A stretch of DNA of 64,000 bases from an uncultured Pelosinus sp. (GCA_900550105.1 URQW01000004.1:9575-73574); one strand, 5' to 3'; shown: positions 39,451 to 49,813, counted from the first letter of the stretch. A program made the numbers and translations. The notes: generated from the letters alone by a model not told the origin.

Positions 39451-40812
39451 CTATCTCTCCCTTAATCCTTCACTTTGATACTTGCGGAACGGATCAAGGA
39501 AGAACTCCATAATTCGTTTTTCACGGATTTTAATTTCTGCCGTAACGGTCATACCTGGCGTAAGCGGCTGATTGGCATCATTGACAAGGACATGTCCTTG
39601 ATCCATCGTCAACACGACGCGGTACTTGCGGTCTCTTTCCTTATCCTTTTGATCCTCAATGGCATCAGGACTGATTTCTGATACAACAGCCGACAATGTG
39701 CCGTACTTTTGGAAATTAAATGTGTCTACTTTCAAGGCGGCCGTCTGGCCGATTTTTACGAAGCCAATATCCTTATTAGCAACCCAAGCTTCTATTTCCA
39801 AGGTCGCGTCTTCCGGTACGATCGCCATGAGAGGCTGCGCTGCTGTTACAACACCACCGACCGTATGAATAGAAAGCTGACCAACACGACCATCAACCGG
39901 TGCTATAATACGGGCTAGACGATTCTTATCTTCCGCCTTTTTCAATTCTTCCGTATATTGCAAGAGCTGTTTGCGATCTTCTGTCAGCTTTGTATCAATA
40001 TCTTTATCATAAGAAGCTGAGGAATTTAAGAGGCGCTGACGGCTTTCTTCCATAGTGGCCTGACTTTTGGCAATCTCACCATCCTGGGCAATAACACTCT
40101 GCTCCAAGCTCTTGCGTTTTGCTCTTTGCTCTAACAATTGAAAATAAGCCACAGCATTTTGCTGATACAGCGTTTCACTGCGTTCTTCCATTTCTCTGGC
40201 AACTTCGAGCTGCTGAGCGTAATTTTCCCGATTTGCCTGAGCAGCCGCATAAGCCGCCGCACTTTGTTGAATCGTTGCTTGGCCTTCACCTAGCTTGGCC
40301 TGCCGTTCCATGAGCCAACTCTGATACAAACTCACCTGAGCAGCTAAATCCTTCGGATCAAGATCAGGCGACGTAGGTGGCGAGAAGGAGCTACCCGTTT
40401 TTTGGGCCATCAAACGAGCTATTTCGAGATTATAATAAGCAATCTGTTTGCGAATACTAGCTAAGTCCGCTTCTGACACCGTTCTATCCAGTTCTACCAG
40501 GACATCGCCTTTTTTCACAGTCTGTCCTTCTTGTACGTAAATCTGGCGAATCACACCTTTGTCTTCCGCCTGAATCACCTTTACCTGACCAGATGGAATG
40601 ACTTTGCCGTTAGCCACAGCTACTTCATCGACATGGCCAAGAAAAGACCAAAGTAACGCCGCTGCGAGCAGCACCATCAGTGAGAAAAGCAGCAAACGGC
40701 CTACTGGCGATGGCGGCGTTTCCGTCACTTCTAGTACAGCCGGCAAAAATTCTACTTCATCACGGGTCAGCTCATCTTGCTTTTTGGGGAAAATCCATTT
40801 TTTCCAATTCAT
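39451..40812 (-). CDS. HlyD-family type I secretion membrane fusion (periplasmic adaptor) protein
   Basis: 453 aa. N-terminal TM, long coiled-coil middle, C-terminal beta-barrel/lipoyl region. Confidence 0.8.
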   Translation of the reverse strand: MNWKKWIFPKKQDELTRDEVEFLPAVLEVTETPPSPVGRLLLFSLMVLLAAALLWSFLGHVDEVAVANGKVIPSGQVKVIQAEDKGVIRQIYVQEGQTVKKGDVLVELDRTVSEADLASIRKQIAYYNLEIARLMAQKTGSSFSPPTSPDLDPKDLAAQVSLYQSWLMERQAKLGEGQATIQQSAAAYAAAQANRENYAQQLEVAREMEERSETLYQQNAVAYFQLLEQRAKRKSLEQSVIAQDGEIAKSQATMEESRQRLLNSSASYDKDIDTKLTEDRKQLLQYTEELKKAEDKNRLARIIAPVDGRVGQLSIHTVGGVVTAAQPLMAIVPEDATLEIEAWVANKDIGFVKIGQTAALKVDTFNFQKYGTLSAVVSEISPDAIEDQKDKERDRKYRVVLTMDQGHVLVNDANQPLTPGMTVTAEIKIREKRIMEFFLDPFRKYQSEGLRER

Positions 40813-40813
40813 A

Positions 40814-42940
40814 TTATCCCTCTTGTTGTAAATATAAATGATAATATAAGCCCTGCAAAGCCATCAACTGGTCATGAGTACCAGCTTCAACCAGACGGCC
40901 GTGATCTAATACTGCAATGGCGTCAAAATTCTGTACTGTCGAAAGGCGATGAGCAATCATAAAGAAGGTGCGCCCAGCGCATATCTGTCCGAGATGATCC
41001 ATAATGATCCGTTCCGACTCATAATCAAGGGCGCTAGTAGCTTCATCAAAAATCAACACACGCGGATTAATCAAGAGTGCTCTGGCAATAGCAACCCGCT
41101 GACGTTGACCGCCAGACAGGGAAGCTCCCCGCTCACCCACTTTCGTATCATACCCCTCAGGCAATTCCAGAATAAATTCATGGGCACCAGCAATCTGCGC
41201 TGCCGCAATGACTTCACTCATAGACGCACTAGGCCGACTCAGGGCGATATTGTCACGAACGCTCCCATTGAAGAGATAGTTTTCCTGGAGGACTACGCCA
41301 ATCTGACTGCGTAGCCAATACGGCGGCACTGTGGCAATATCCATTCCATCGACTAACACGCGACCGCTGTCAGGTATGTACATATGCTGAATGAGTTTCG
41401 TCAGCGTACTCTTCCCAGAGCCAGAGCGTCCCACAATTCCTACCTTGGCGCCAGGAGGCACCTGAAAAGAAATATTCTCAAGTACAGGCGGCAAGTCTAA
41501 GCGATAGCGAAAAGCAATATTTTCAAAGACAATCTCGCCCCGTAAGGGAGGCGCGTCAGGTCGAACCGGCGCCAAGACTGGCTCTGCCTTTGTATTTAAA
41601 ATATCACTAAGACGCTCCATCGACAAAGCAGACTGCTGAACCTGCTGCCACATGCCGATGAGTGTCAATAGCGGCGAAGTGGCCTGTGCCGCTAGCATCT
41701 GAAAGGCAATAAACTGACCGAGAGTCATTTTGCCGTCCATGACGAGATGACCACCGACCCAGAGAATACTCATGGACGATAAAACCTGAATGACAGAAGC
41801 GCCGCCGTTAATCCCAATTCCGAGCTTTGCCGTATCAAAGGTTTTACCTACATAGCGGGCTAGCAAATTCTCCCACTTATGAACAAACTGCGGTTCCAAG
41901 GCCAAAGCCTTGATGGTATGCATACCAGTCACGGCTTCGACGAGAAAGGCATTGTTTGCCGCGCCAGCTTCCCACATGGTTTCAAGCCGTTTTTGGTACA
42001 AGGGCGTCACAAAAACATTCATGGCGAGATAAAAAGGAACTACCGCCAAGGCAACCCAAGTTAACAGCGGACTAAAGGTAAACATAACGGCAATAAAGAC
42101 CACAGAAAAAATCACATCTAAGATGACCGTAATTGCCGTACCTGTCAAAAACTCACGAATGCTGGCAAGAGCACCCACACGCATCATCGTATCGCCCACA
42201 CGGCGGTGCTCAAAGTAAGGCATTGGCAGGGCCGACAAGTGGCGAAACAGCCTTGTCCCTAAAATAACATCAAGCTTATTCGTCGTATGAGTCAATATGT
42301 AGGTACGTAAGATGCCCAAACCACATTGAAAGACACTTAACACCAAAAGAACCAGAGCTAAGATATCGAGGGTCGAGACACCATTATTGCCAATGACTTT
42401 ATCGACAATAACCTGCGTAAATAGAGGGACGACCACCCCAAAGAGCTGCAAGAAGAATGAAGCGGCAAAAACTTCCGCAAAATACTGTTTATAATGCATA
42501 ATAACAGCATAAAACCATTTGAGATTGTATTTACGAATGACTCGCTGCCAATCAAACTTGCGTGTAAAGAGTAGCAGCTCACCTGTCCATTCAGCAGCAA
42601 ACTCTTCCACTGGAACTGCTACAGGTTTTTCTTGTAATGGATCTGATACAAAAACATGTTTCTCGTTGTTCCAACCGACAACGACAAAATGCCCGTCTTT
42701 CATACGGGCAATAGCTGGTATAGGTATACCAGGCAATTCTTCGATTTTTACCCGTTTTGCTTGGGCCTGAAAACGATAATCCTTGGCAAGCTTCTGTAAG
42801 AAAAGCAGCGCCTCTTCTCCCTGCCAGCGGGCCGCTAAAATTTCCGGCTCCACTTTCACCTCTAGATAAGAAGCCGCAATCGAAAAACAAGTCAAGGCTG
42901 TCTTCTCTTGGGGACTCATTTCATTTCGTTTCGTTTGCAA
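40814..42940 (-). CDS. second type I secretion ABC transporter (HlyB/RtxB-like) with N-terminal C39-like domain
   Basis: 708 aa. GRSGSGKST, LSGGQRQR, LIFDEATSALD. Paralog of the 724-aa transporter. Confidence 0.8.
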   Translation of the reverse strand: MQTKRNEMSPQEKTALTCFSIAASYLEVKVEPEILAARWQGEEALLFLQKLAKDYRFQAQAKRVKIEELPGIPIPAIARMKDGHFVVVGWNNEKHVFVSDPLQEKPVAVPVEEFAAEWTGELLLFTRKFDWQRVIRKYNLKWFYAVIMHYKQYFAEVFAASFFLQLFGVVVPLFTQVIVDKVIGNNGVSTLDILALVLLVLSVFQCGLGILRTYILTHTTNKLDVILGTRLFRHLSALPMPYFEHRRVGDTMMRVGALASIREFLTGTAITVILDVIFSVVFIAVMFTFSPLLTWVALAVVPFYLAMNVFVTPLYQKRLETMWEAGAANNAFLVEAVTGMHTIKALALEPQFVHKWENLLARYVGKTFDTAKLGIGINGGASVIQVLSSMSILWVGGHLVMDGKMTLGQFIAFQMLAAQATSPLLTLIGMWQQVQQSALSMERLSDILNTKAEPVLAPVRPDAPPLRGEIVFENIAFRYRLDLPPVLENISFQVPPGAKVGIVGRSGSGKSTLTKLIQHMYIPDSGRVLVDGMDIATVPPYWLRSQIGVVLQENYLFNGSVRDNIALSRPSASMSEVIAAAQIAGAHEFILELPEGYDTKVGERGASLSGGQRQRVAIARALLINPRVLIFDEATSALDYESERIIMDHLGQICAGRTFFMIAHRLSTVQNFDAIAVLDHGRLVEAGTHDQLMALQGLYYHLYLQQEG

Positions 42941-43072
42941 TGTTCATACCTCATTGATGAATTTTACTCACTAGTTCTTATTATGGCAGAAATTAGTCTT
43001 ATGGTCAATAAAGAAAAGAGGCGCAGCCCTTAGGCCACACCTCTTCATAAACATCACTTAAGCAATAATTGT

Positions 43073-45787
43073 TTATGCTTTTACCAATTGGTAAGTTCCT
43101 TGTACATTCGACACTTTATAAGTGTTGTCAGTTGTTTGTTTTGTTCCCAAAACAAAAGTATTTACGCTAGTCGTAGCGTCCCAACCAGTAATTTTCAAAG
43201 AATCAGAACCAATAGTCAGCGTTAAGTCTGCAGCACCTACGGCACTTAATTTCACATCAGATGCAGTCAGGCCATTTGTATAAAGCATAACTTTATCTGT
43301 TTTATCGCTACCATTAGCAGTAATTGTATCAGTACCGTCACCAGCACCAAAATAGAATACATCAGCGCCTTTACCACCAGTCAAAGTATCAGTACCTGCA
43401 CCGCCCCAAATCAAAGCGCCACCGTCTCCAGCTACAATTGTATTGGCAGCACTATTACCACGAAGAGTATCGCTACCTGCACCGCCTTTGATATTGTTGA
43501 TACCTTGATATTTAGCTGTGTCATACAAGCTGATTGTTACACCAGCAGTCTGAGCAGTAGCGTCAATAACGTCACCTTGTCCTGCAGTAGCACCTGTTAC
43601 GGCTACATACGCTAAAGCTTTTGCATCATATTTCACAGCAGAAGTAGTACTTGCAGCAGCCACTACATCAAAGCCAGTGTTATCTGTCGTAGCAAAGGTC
43701 GGACGAACTGTTGATGCTGCATAGCCAGCTACGGTCAGTTTGCTTGCACTACTATCGCCTTTAAACGATACAGTAAGATCGGTACCATCATTAGCAAATA
43801 CCAAATCGGTTGCTTTTGCACTATAAAGCTTAACTAAATCTTCTTTACCATAGCTATCCACTTTCACAGTACCATCGCCAGCACCGAAGAAGTACGTATC
43901 AGCTACGCCATCATCTACACCAGTAGTTCCACCGGAAAGAACACTATTTACAGCTCCTTTTCCAGCCCACAACTGATCACTACCGCCGCCACCAATTAAG
44001 GTGCTAGTTTTTCCAGCAACACCGCGAAGAATATCATTACCAGAGCCACCAGTAGCATTCAAAATACCGCTATATTTTGTAGTATCGCCTAAAGTAGCTG
44101 TGATACCCGTGGATACTGCAGACGCATCCAGCGTTCCAACTGCTGTATCAAGATAAAAGCCAGCTTTAGCATCATATTTTTCCGCTGCATTAGTTCCCTT
44201 TACTACAGTAAAACCAGCATTGTCTTTCGTAACGAAAGTTACAGAAGGTTTTGCATTAAAGTCAACAATATCAAGACTATCTGTCGAATTGTTTTTAAAA
44301 GTTACTTTAAGACCTGCAGCTGCATCATCAGCAAACACAAGATCCGCTACATTAACATTGTATAATTTAACGACATCTTTACCGCCATTACCAGTTACAG
44401 CATCAACACCATCGCCTGAACCAAAGAAGAAAGTATCATCGCCAGTACCGCCTTTTAATGTATCAGTACCACCTACACCGCCCCACAACTGATTACCGTT
44501 GGTATTAAGAGATGCATCTAGAACACTCGATTTAAAGCCACCTACACCGCGAAGAATATCACCAGCAGTACTAGCAGCGCTCGTTACTTTTACGATGTTA
44601 GAGTACTTTGTCGTATCATAGAGAGTAACCGTATCTCCCTTACCATCTGTTGTAAGAACAGTACTTCCATCTGAGTTGCCAACATATTTTTGAATTTTGG
44701 CATCATAGGTAATAGCAGCACCTACGCCGACTTTAAATCCAGCAGCATTATCACTAGTGACGAATGTAGGTTGAGTTGCAGCTGTTGACCAGTCAGCAAT
44801 AACTAATTTGTCAGCAGTATTTCCGTTAAACGTTACTTCTAAGGTTGCACCAACGCTAGTAAATGTAACATCAGAAGCTTTTACATTATAAAGTTTAATG
44901 GTATCTTTACCGCTATTTGCACCACCAAGTGTAACGGTATCAGTACCGTCACCAGTACCAAAGTAGAAAGTATCATCGCCCTTTCCACCTTTGAGCGTAT
45001 CATTTCCAGCTTTACCCCAAATTAAATTATTACCCGTACTAGCAGAATAATCAATTGTATTATTGCCTGCATCACCACGAACAATATCAGCGTATGCCGT
45101 TCCGCCTTTTACATTCGTAACGTTTTTAAATTTAGTTGTATCTGACAAATCAATAGTAACAGCATTTACAGCAGAAGAATCATCTACAGTATTTGCAGTA
45201 GTTGCTTTGCCACCATCAACAAACTTTTCAGTGCCGTAATATTTAATTACATCGTCACCGTCTAAGCCAACAACATATGCTCCGGCAGCAGCGGCAGCAC
45301 TACCAGCATCAATAGTATTGCCCGCATTATCTTTACCAAATACAAATTTACCATTATCTGCAGTCACAAAATCTTTAACGAATGCACTCAAATCCGTGAA
45401 AGGAGCAGCTCCATGCAGTGTAATGCTATTATTGGCATCTAATGAAACAACAACATCGCCACCACCAGTCAGAGAAAAACTTAGCTGACTTGCATTTACA
45501 TTACCAAATTTAATTGTTTGCTTTGTTGGGTCAAAACCATTAATTGTATCTTTGCCTTCACCAGCATTATATACAACTATGTCTTTACCACTACCAACAC
45601 CAAATTTAATGGTATCGTCGCCACTCAAACCATGAATCGTCGTACCATCAGCAGTATTATTACTTACATCAATTGTATTAGCGCTCGAATCGCCCCATAC
45701 TTCTAGAGCAACTGCAGCGTCACCAACTACACTCGTGTAATTATGAGTACCAGAATCAACCGCCACTTGTTTCAATGTTGTTGCCAT
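43073..45787 (-). CDS. RTX-repeat secreted protein, candidate T1SS-exported S-layer protein
   Basis: 904 aa. No signal peptide. No cysteine and only 2 Met. T/G/A/D/V-rich. Four ~100-aa modules each with GGxGDDTFYFGxGDGxD repeats. First gene of the ABC-MFP-ABC operon. Confidence 0.65.
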   Translation of the reverse strand: MATTLKQVAVDSGTHNYTSVVGDAAVALEVWGDSSANTIDVSNNTADGTTIHGLSGDDTIKFGVGSGKDIVVYNAGEGKDTINGFDPTKQTIKFGNVNASQLSFSLTGGGDVVVSLDANNSITLHGAAPFTDLSAFVKDFVTADNGKFVFGKDNAGNTIDAGSAAAAAGAYVVGLDGDDVIKYYGTEKFVDGGKATTANTVDDSSAVNAVTIDLSDTTKFKNVTNVKGGTAYADIVRGDAGNNTIDYSASTGNNLIWGKAGNDTLKGGKGDDTFYFGTGDGTDTVTLGGANSGKDTIKLYNVKASDVTFTSVGATLEVTFNGNTADKLVIADWSTAATQPTFVTSDNAAGFKVGVGAAITYDAKIQKYVGNSDGSTVLTTDGKGDTVTLYDTTKYSNIVKVTSAASTAGDILRGVGGFKSSVLDASLNTNGNQLWGGVGGTDTLKGGTGDDTFFFGSGDGVDAVTGNGGKDVVKLYNVNVADLVFADDAAAGLKVTFKNNSTDSLDIVDFNAKPSVTFVTKDNAGFTVVKGTNAAEKYDAKAGFYLDTAVGTLDASAVSTGITATLGDTTKYSGILNATGGSGNDILRGVAGKTSTLIGGGGSDQLWAGKGAVNSVLSGGTTGVDDGVADTYFFGAGDGTVKVDSYGKEDLVKLYSAKATDLVFANDGTDLTVSFKGDSSASKLTVAGYAASTVRPTFATTDNTGFDVVAAASTTSAVKYDAKALAYVAVTGATAGQGDVIDATAQTAGVTISLYDTAKYQGINNIKGGAGSDTLRGNSAANTIVAGDGGALIWGGAGTDTLTGGKGADVFYFGAGDGTDTITANGSDKTDKVMLYTNGLTASDVKLSAVGAADLTLTIGSDSLKITGWDATTSVNTFVLGTKQTTDNTYKVSNVQGTYQLVKA

Positions 45788-45986
45788 CTTATAAAAGCCC
45801 CCTTGTTTTTATCTGTTTTGTGTAAAAATATGATAGCAGAATCTCATAAAAAGATATGAGCCTGTAACATTCCCCCTTTGCCCGACTGAAATGGCGCATG
45901 GTTTTTGACTGTTTTTGTCACAATGTATTCTTATTATATCATGCGCCTATGGCAAATAAAAGGTAAAACTGAAAATTTATCCAGAC

Positions 45987-46022
45987 CAATTGGCAGGGTG
46001 CGCGCTTTCTCCCTGCCAATTG
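45987..46022. promoter_or_regulatory. 12-bp perfect inverted repeat caattggcaggg-N12-ccctgccaattg in the intergenic region upstream of the RTX/S-layer-like gene
   Basis: Read from the sequence. No flanking T-tract, so more likely an operator than a terminator. Confidence 0.3.
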
Positions 46023-46135
46023 CTGGATTCCAGAGAAATTCCAGTTTTATTAGTATTTCACTTCTACACAAGTGCAAATTTTCCTTTTTTTTCTCGTATT
46101 TTTTTTATTTTTTTAAGGTTTTTTCTAGATTTTTT

Positions 46136-47761
46136 CTAATTTCCCTCTAGCCATTTCATAATTTTTCCATTTTGAGTCTCTATATTTGCTTCGAAAACAG
46201 TATGATTTTTTAATTTTATATCTTGAAGCAGTTCATTGCCTAGAGTCTGATCAAAATGCAGCAGATCTTTATAATGTGACAAATCACCTATATATTTCGG
46301 CTCTGCTTGAAAATCATGAACAATTGCATTGGGATAGTTCTTTAAAGCTTGACATAAATAAATTCTCGCCTGCAGCCAAGCGTCAATCGTCGCCGGGTCT
46401 TTCTGACGAAAAAGTTCATAAAAATACAACGTGCTCGGCGGCAGCAAGAGATCAAATTGGGTCGTCGGATTCGCCGCAATAAAAGGAAGAATATTTCTAT
46501 CGATATTTGCTTTGAACTGATCGAATGTATAAGGCGCTGCTTCATAGTAGCGGCGGGCTTGCGGCATATCATGAAAATCATCAGCACGCAGTTTTTCAAA
46601 GCTGCGCACTACCGGTCCTTGGCCAAAGTCGCGCGTCTTGGCCTGCCAATTGTTTAATAGCTGGAGACTCGGACCATAGATCGCTTTCAGGCGCAGGCGT
46701 TCTAAGAGAAGATCGCTGCTTTGCCGCGTGGTCGTGCCATTAAAAAGATACTCCCAATCATTCCAGAAATTTTGATCATAGAGATAAAAAGGAAAATGAC
46801 TTGTCACTGCTTCGACCTGATCAGAAGGACCGCCGAGCGACATAAAGTCCAGCTCCCACAGGACGGACTGGACTTTGCCTGTAGCTAGCGCCGCTGTAAG
46901 CGTGAGCGCTTGCTCATGGACACTAGAGCCGCTCATGGCTAGCTTGACGCTTTTGCCGCCAAGAATCTCATCCACTTCCTCCGGGATATAATTTTCTACA
47001 GCCGAGGTGCCGAGAATGACGCGATCATATGGCAGGTTTCGTAATAAGCCAGGATTTTGATACCGCTGTTCCGCTGACCAATGGGGCAAAGTCCGATTTA
47101 GGCGGTAAAACTGCAGCGGGTCCAGCACATAGTTAAACAGCAAAATCAGACTGCTGCCGCCCACAAGCAAAGCCGCCCACAAAAAAAGCCAGCGGCGCGC
47201 CGCCAAACGGCTCAACTTCTTTTCTTGGCGCTGCCAGCGACGCCAGCAGGCAGCAACACCGCCAAGAACGAGATAGGAGCTGAAGAAAAGGACGACAAAG
47301 GCGCCGCCATAGGATACGACCTGTCTTAGACCACTTTGGGGCGACAGTTCGGATCGGATTGGTATCGTCCAACTCAGATCGCCGGAAAGCGGCAACGCCT
47401 TCGACAGTGCTTGACCGTTTAGTTTGACGACGGCCTGCCCGCCATCCTCATCTTGGAGGAGTAAAAAACAATCCTTTCGGCCATAGCCCTGCCACAAAAG
47501 CGAACCGGTACCGCCCCGGCTAGCAACCCAATTACCTTGCTCACTCTGCCAAGTATGAAAATCGACTTGAAAGGCGGTTGGCGGCAGTCTTTCGCCATCG
47601 ACAAAAAAGGCTTTCACTTTCAGCATCTGACCAGGATAAGCTGGTGAAATTTCAAGGGTAAACGGCTGCAACGGCTGCCAATGAGTGAGATAAAACGCCC
47701 CACACAAAGCAAAGAGTAAACTGGCAATCAGCCGAAATCTACTCAAAGCAATTTTGCTCAT
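46136..47761 (-). CDS. membrane protein with C-terminal DltD-like (SGNH-like) extracytoplasmic domain
   Basis: 541 aa. Three predicted TM helices. C-terminal block LPYDRVILGTSAVENY resembles the DltD N-terminal GSSE block. Directly downstream of an MBOAT gene. Confidence 0.5.
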   Translation of the reverse strand: MSKIALSRFRLIASLLFALCGAFYLTHWQPLQPFTLEISPAYPGQMLKVKAFFVDGERLPPTAFQVDFHTWQSEQGNWVASRGGTGSLLWQGYGRKDCFLLLQDEDGGQAVVKLNGQALSKALPLSGDLSWTIPIRSELSPQSGLRQVVSYGGAFVVLFFSSYLVLGGVAACWRRWQRQEKKLSRLAARRWLFLWAALLVGGSSLILLFNYVLDPLQFYRLNRTLPHWSAEQRYQNPGLLRNLPYDRVILGTSAVENYIPEEVDEILGGKSVKLAMSGSSVHEQALTLTAALATGKVQSVLWELDFMSLGGPSDQVEAVTSHFPFYLYDQNFWNDWEYLFNGTTTRQSSDLLLERLRLKAIYGPSLQLLNNWQAKTRDFGQGPVVRSFEKLRADDFHDMPQARRYYEAAPYTFDQFKANIDRNILPFIAANPTTQFDLLLPPSTLYFYELFRQKDPATIDAWLQARIYLCQALKNYPNAIVHDFQAEPKYIGDLSHYKDLLHFDQTLGNELLQDIKLKNHTVFEANIETQNGKIMKWLEGN

Positions 47762-47799
47762 AGATAGCCTCCCTTCTGCTGTATTTCATAAAGATGCTA

Positions 47800-49200
47800 T
47801 TAGAATTTAAAATATAAGAATTCACTCACTTGATTGAGATTGAGCAGAGCCGCTAAGAGAAGCAATGCAAGCAGCAAGGCGCTTGTCCAGCTAGGCGACA
47901 GTGAGTCGGCCGTATCCTGAGAGTTCTTGCCGCAAAAGGCTAGAGCGGCGCCAACGCCAAAAAGGATCGCGACTTCCATCGTAAGATATTCAGGCGTAGT
48001 ACCGCCGGAGCGGCCCAGCATAGCCCGAAAAAAAGTAAAGGCTGTTGTGAGGTCTGGACTGCGCAGAATCACTAAGGTGCCATTTACAAAGAGAAACGTT
48101 GCCGCCCAAGCCAGAGCAGCGGGCACCTTCCAGCCCTGGCGTCGCCACCAGTGATTGACGACAAGGCCAGTGGCGTGAAGAGCATAAAACAACAAAAAGC
48201 CCCAGCCAGCCTGATGCCAAAGTCCAGCGATCATCATAGCCAGAAAAGTAGCCGCCATAGCATAAGGGAAGGTAAACTTACCAAAGGCGCGAAAAATCGG
48301 CGTATAGAGATAGGTCGTAATAAACTGCGTCAAAGAAATGTGCCAGCGCTGCCAAAATTCAATAATCGTTTTGGCCTTATAGGGGCTGTTGAAGTTAATC
48401 GGCAACCGGATATTGAACATGCGACCAATGCCAAGGGCCATATCGGAGTAACCGGAAAAGTCAAAATAAAGCTGAAAAGTATACGCAAAGCTAACGACCC
48501 AGGCAGCCCCGGAAGAAAGCATTTCAGGTGCGACAAAGCCGGGATTGGCGATGCGGGCGAAGGCATCGGCCAGCAGCACTTTTTTTGCCAGGCCTAAGGT
48601 AAATAAGGCAATGCCGCTCATAAACCAATCCGCTTGAAAAAGTTTACTACGCAGACGATCAAACTGCGGCATCATCTGCTTATGGTGTAAGATTGGTCCC
48701 ATAAGCAGATGGGGAAAGAAGGTGACAAATAAGAAATAATCGAGAAAGTCGGACTTTTTGACAAGACCTTCATAACTGTCGACAAGGTAGGTAAGCTGAG
48801 TAATTGTAAAAAAGCTAATGCCAAGAGGCAGTACGAGATTCCACAGAGGCCAGTCTGAACCGAATAAGAGATTGATATTCTCTAGGAAAAAGTCCGTATA
48901 TTTAAAATAGACAAGTACAGAAATATTGACTGCTAAAGCAAATTGCAAGAGTCGTTTCCGCCCTTGACTCTTTCGCTCCTGCCGTGTGGCAATCAAGCGT
49001 TTCCCTAGAAAAAAATTAAAGAAAATACTCCCTAAAAGAATCGGTATGTACTGCAAATTGAACCAGCCGTAAAAGAATAGCGAAGCCGCCGCCAGCCAGC
49101 CTTTGGCAGCCAGCGTTAAATGACGGCGGTTCAAGTAGAAATAACATAGGAGTGTAACAGGCAGAAACACAAAAATAAAGGGATAGGAATTAAAGAGCAT
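47800..49200 (-). CDS. MBOAT family membrane O-acyltransferase (DltB/AlgI-like)
   Basis: Start set at MLFNSYPFIFVFL, the typical MBOAT N-terminus. Multi-pass membrane protein. Conserved His in the RWHISL block. Confidence 0.8.
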   Translation of the reverse strand: MLFNSYPFIFVFLPVTLLCYFYLNRRHLTLAAKGWLAAASLFFYGWFNLQYIPILLGSIFFNFFLGKRLIATRQERKSQGRKRLLQFALAVNISVLVYFKYTDFFLENINLLFGSDWPLWNLVLPLGISFFTITQLTYLVDSYEGLVKKSDFLDYFLFVTFFPHLLMGPILHHKQMMPQFDRLRSKLFQADWFMSGIALFTLGLAKKVLLADAFARIANPGFVAPEMLSSGAAWVVSFAYTFQLYFDFSGYSDMALGIGRMFNIRLPINFNSPYKAKTIIEFWQRWHISLTQFITTYLYTPIFRAFGKFTFPYAMAATFLAMMIAGLWHQAGWGFLLFYALHATGLVVNHWWRRQGWKVPAALAWAATFLFVNGTLVILRSPDLTTAFTFFRAMLGRSGGTTPEYLTMEVAILFGVGAALAFCGKNSQDTADSLSPSWTSALLLALLLLAALLNLNQVSEFLYFKF

Positions 49201-49582
49201 GGCGTTCCTCCTGAAGTAGCTCCATGAGACCGAGCGGCGTATAGACAAAAGCCACTTCCCTGCCACCAAACAGCGGCGCTGGTTTCGGCGGCGAAATCAG
49301 TCGAGCGCCTTCTCGGCTAAGCTGCTCAATCGCTGGAAGAAGATCAGGAACTTCCCAGCATAAATGGTAGAGATAGACCCCTTTCTTCACATAGCTTGCT
49401 ACGACTGGCCCCGCAATGAGCTCAATGGACAGACCAGCCGCCGTCTCAATCATACAAAGCTCCGCTTGCTGAGCCGCATCAGCTACTACAGGACTGATTG
49501 ATAGCACCGGCTGGGTTCGACGAACAAAGTCAGCGGCAGCGGCGATATCGCCGCAAGCAATGCCTGCATGGTGAAATTTCAT
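49190..49582 (-). CDS. VOC/glyoxalase-fold family protein (methylmalonyl-CoA epimerase-like)
   Basis: 130 aa. MKFHHAGIA N-terminus typical of VOC enzymes. Confidence 0.6.
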   Translation of the reverse strand: MKFHHAGIACGDIAAAADFVRRTQPVLSISPVVADAAQQAELCMIETAAGLSIELIAGPVVASYVKKGVYLYHLCWEVPDLLPAIEQLSREGARLISPPKPAPLFGGREVAFVYTPLGLMELLQEERHAL

Positions 49583-49812
49583 GCTAGTTTTTCCTCGATC
49601 AAAACCAGCATCTCGCCAACGTTCTGCAAACTTTGCAGTTCCCCTAAGGCAAAGCGGATCTCAAAGGCTTCTTCGACAGCGATCACCAGCCGGATATGAG
49701 CAATAGAGTCCCATTCGGCAATATCAGCAGCTGTCGTCTCGCCCGTAATGGTAAGATTCGCATCATCAAAAACCTCTTGAAACACGGTTTGCAGCTTGTC
49801 TAATGTATTCAT
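49579..49812 (-). CDS. acyl/peptidyl carrier protein
   Basis: 77 aa, acidic. Phosphopantetheine-site-like motif EWDSIAH. Confidence 0.7.
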   Translation of the reverse strand: MNTLDKLQTVFQEVFDDANLTITGETTAADIAEWDSIAHIRLVIAVEEAFEIRFALGELQSLQNVGEMLVLIEEKLA

Positions 49813-49813
49813 C

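Noticed and set aside
37273-42940. Bacteriocin/peptide-type secretion with active C39 peptidase domains
   Set aside because: By recollected alignment to HlyB and bacteriocin exporters, both N-terminal domains appear to lack the catalytic Cys at the canonical position (C39-like domains). RTX substrates are adjacent. RTX-type T1SS is therefore more likely. This rests on recall, not a computed alignment.
45905-46150. 81-aa ORF in the intergenic region upstream of the RTX/S-layer-like gene
   Set aside because: Low-complexity F/S/Y-rich translation of a poly-T tract. No RBS. More likely promoter or curved DNA than a gene.
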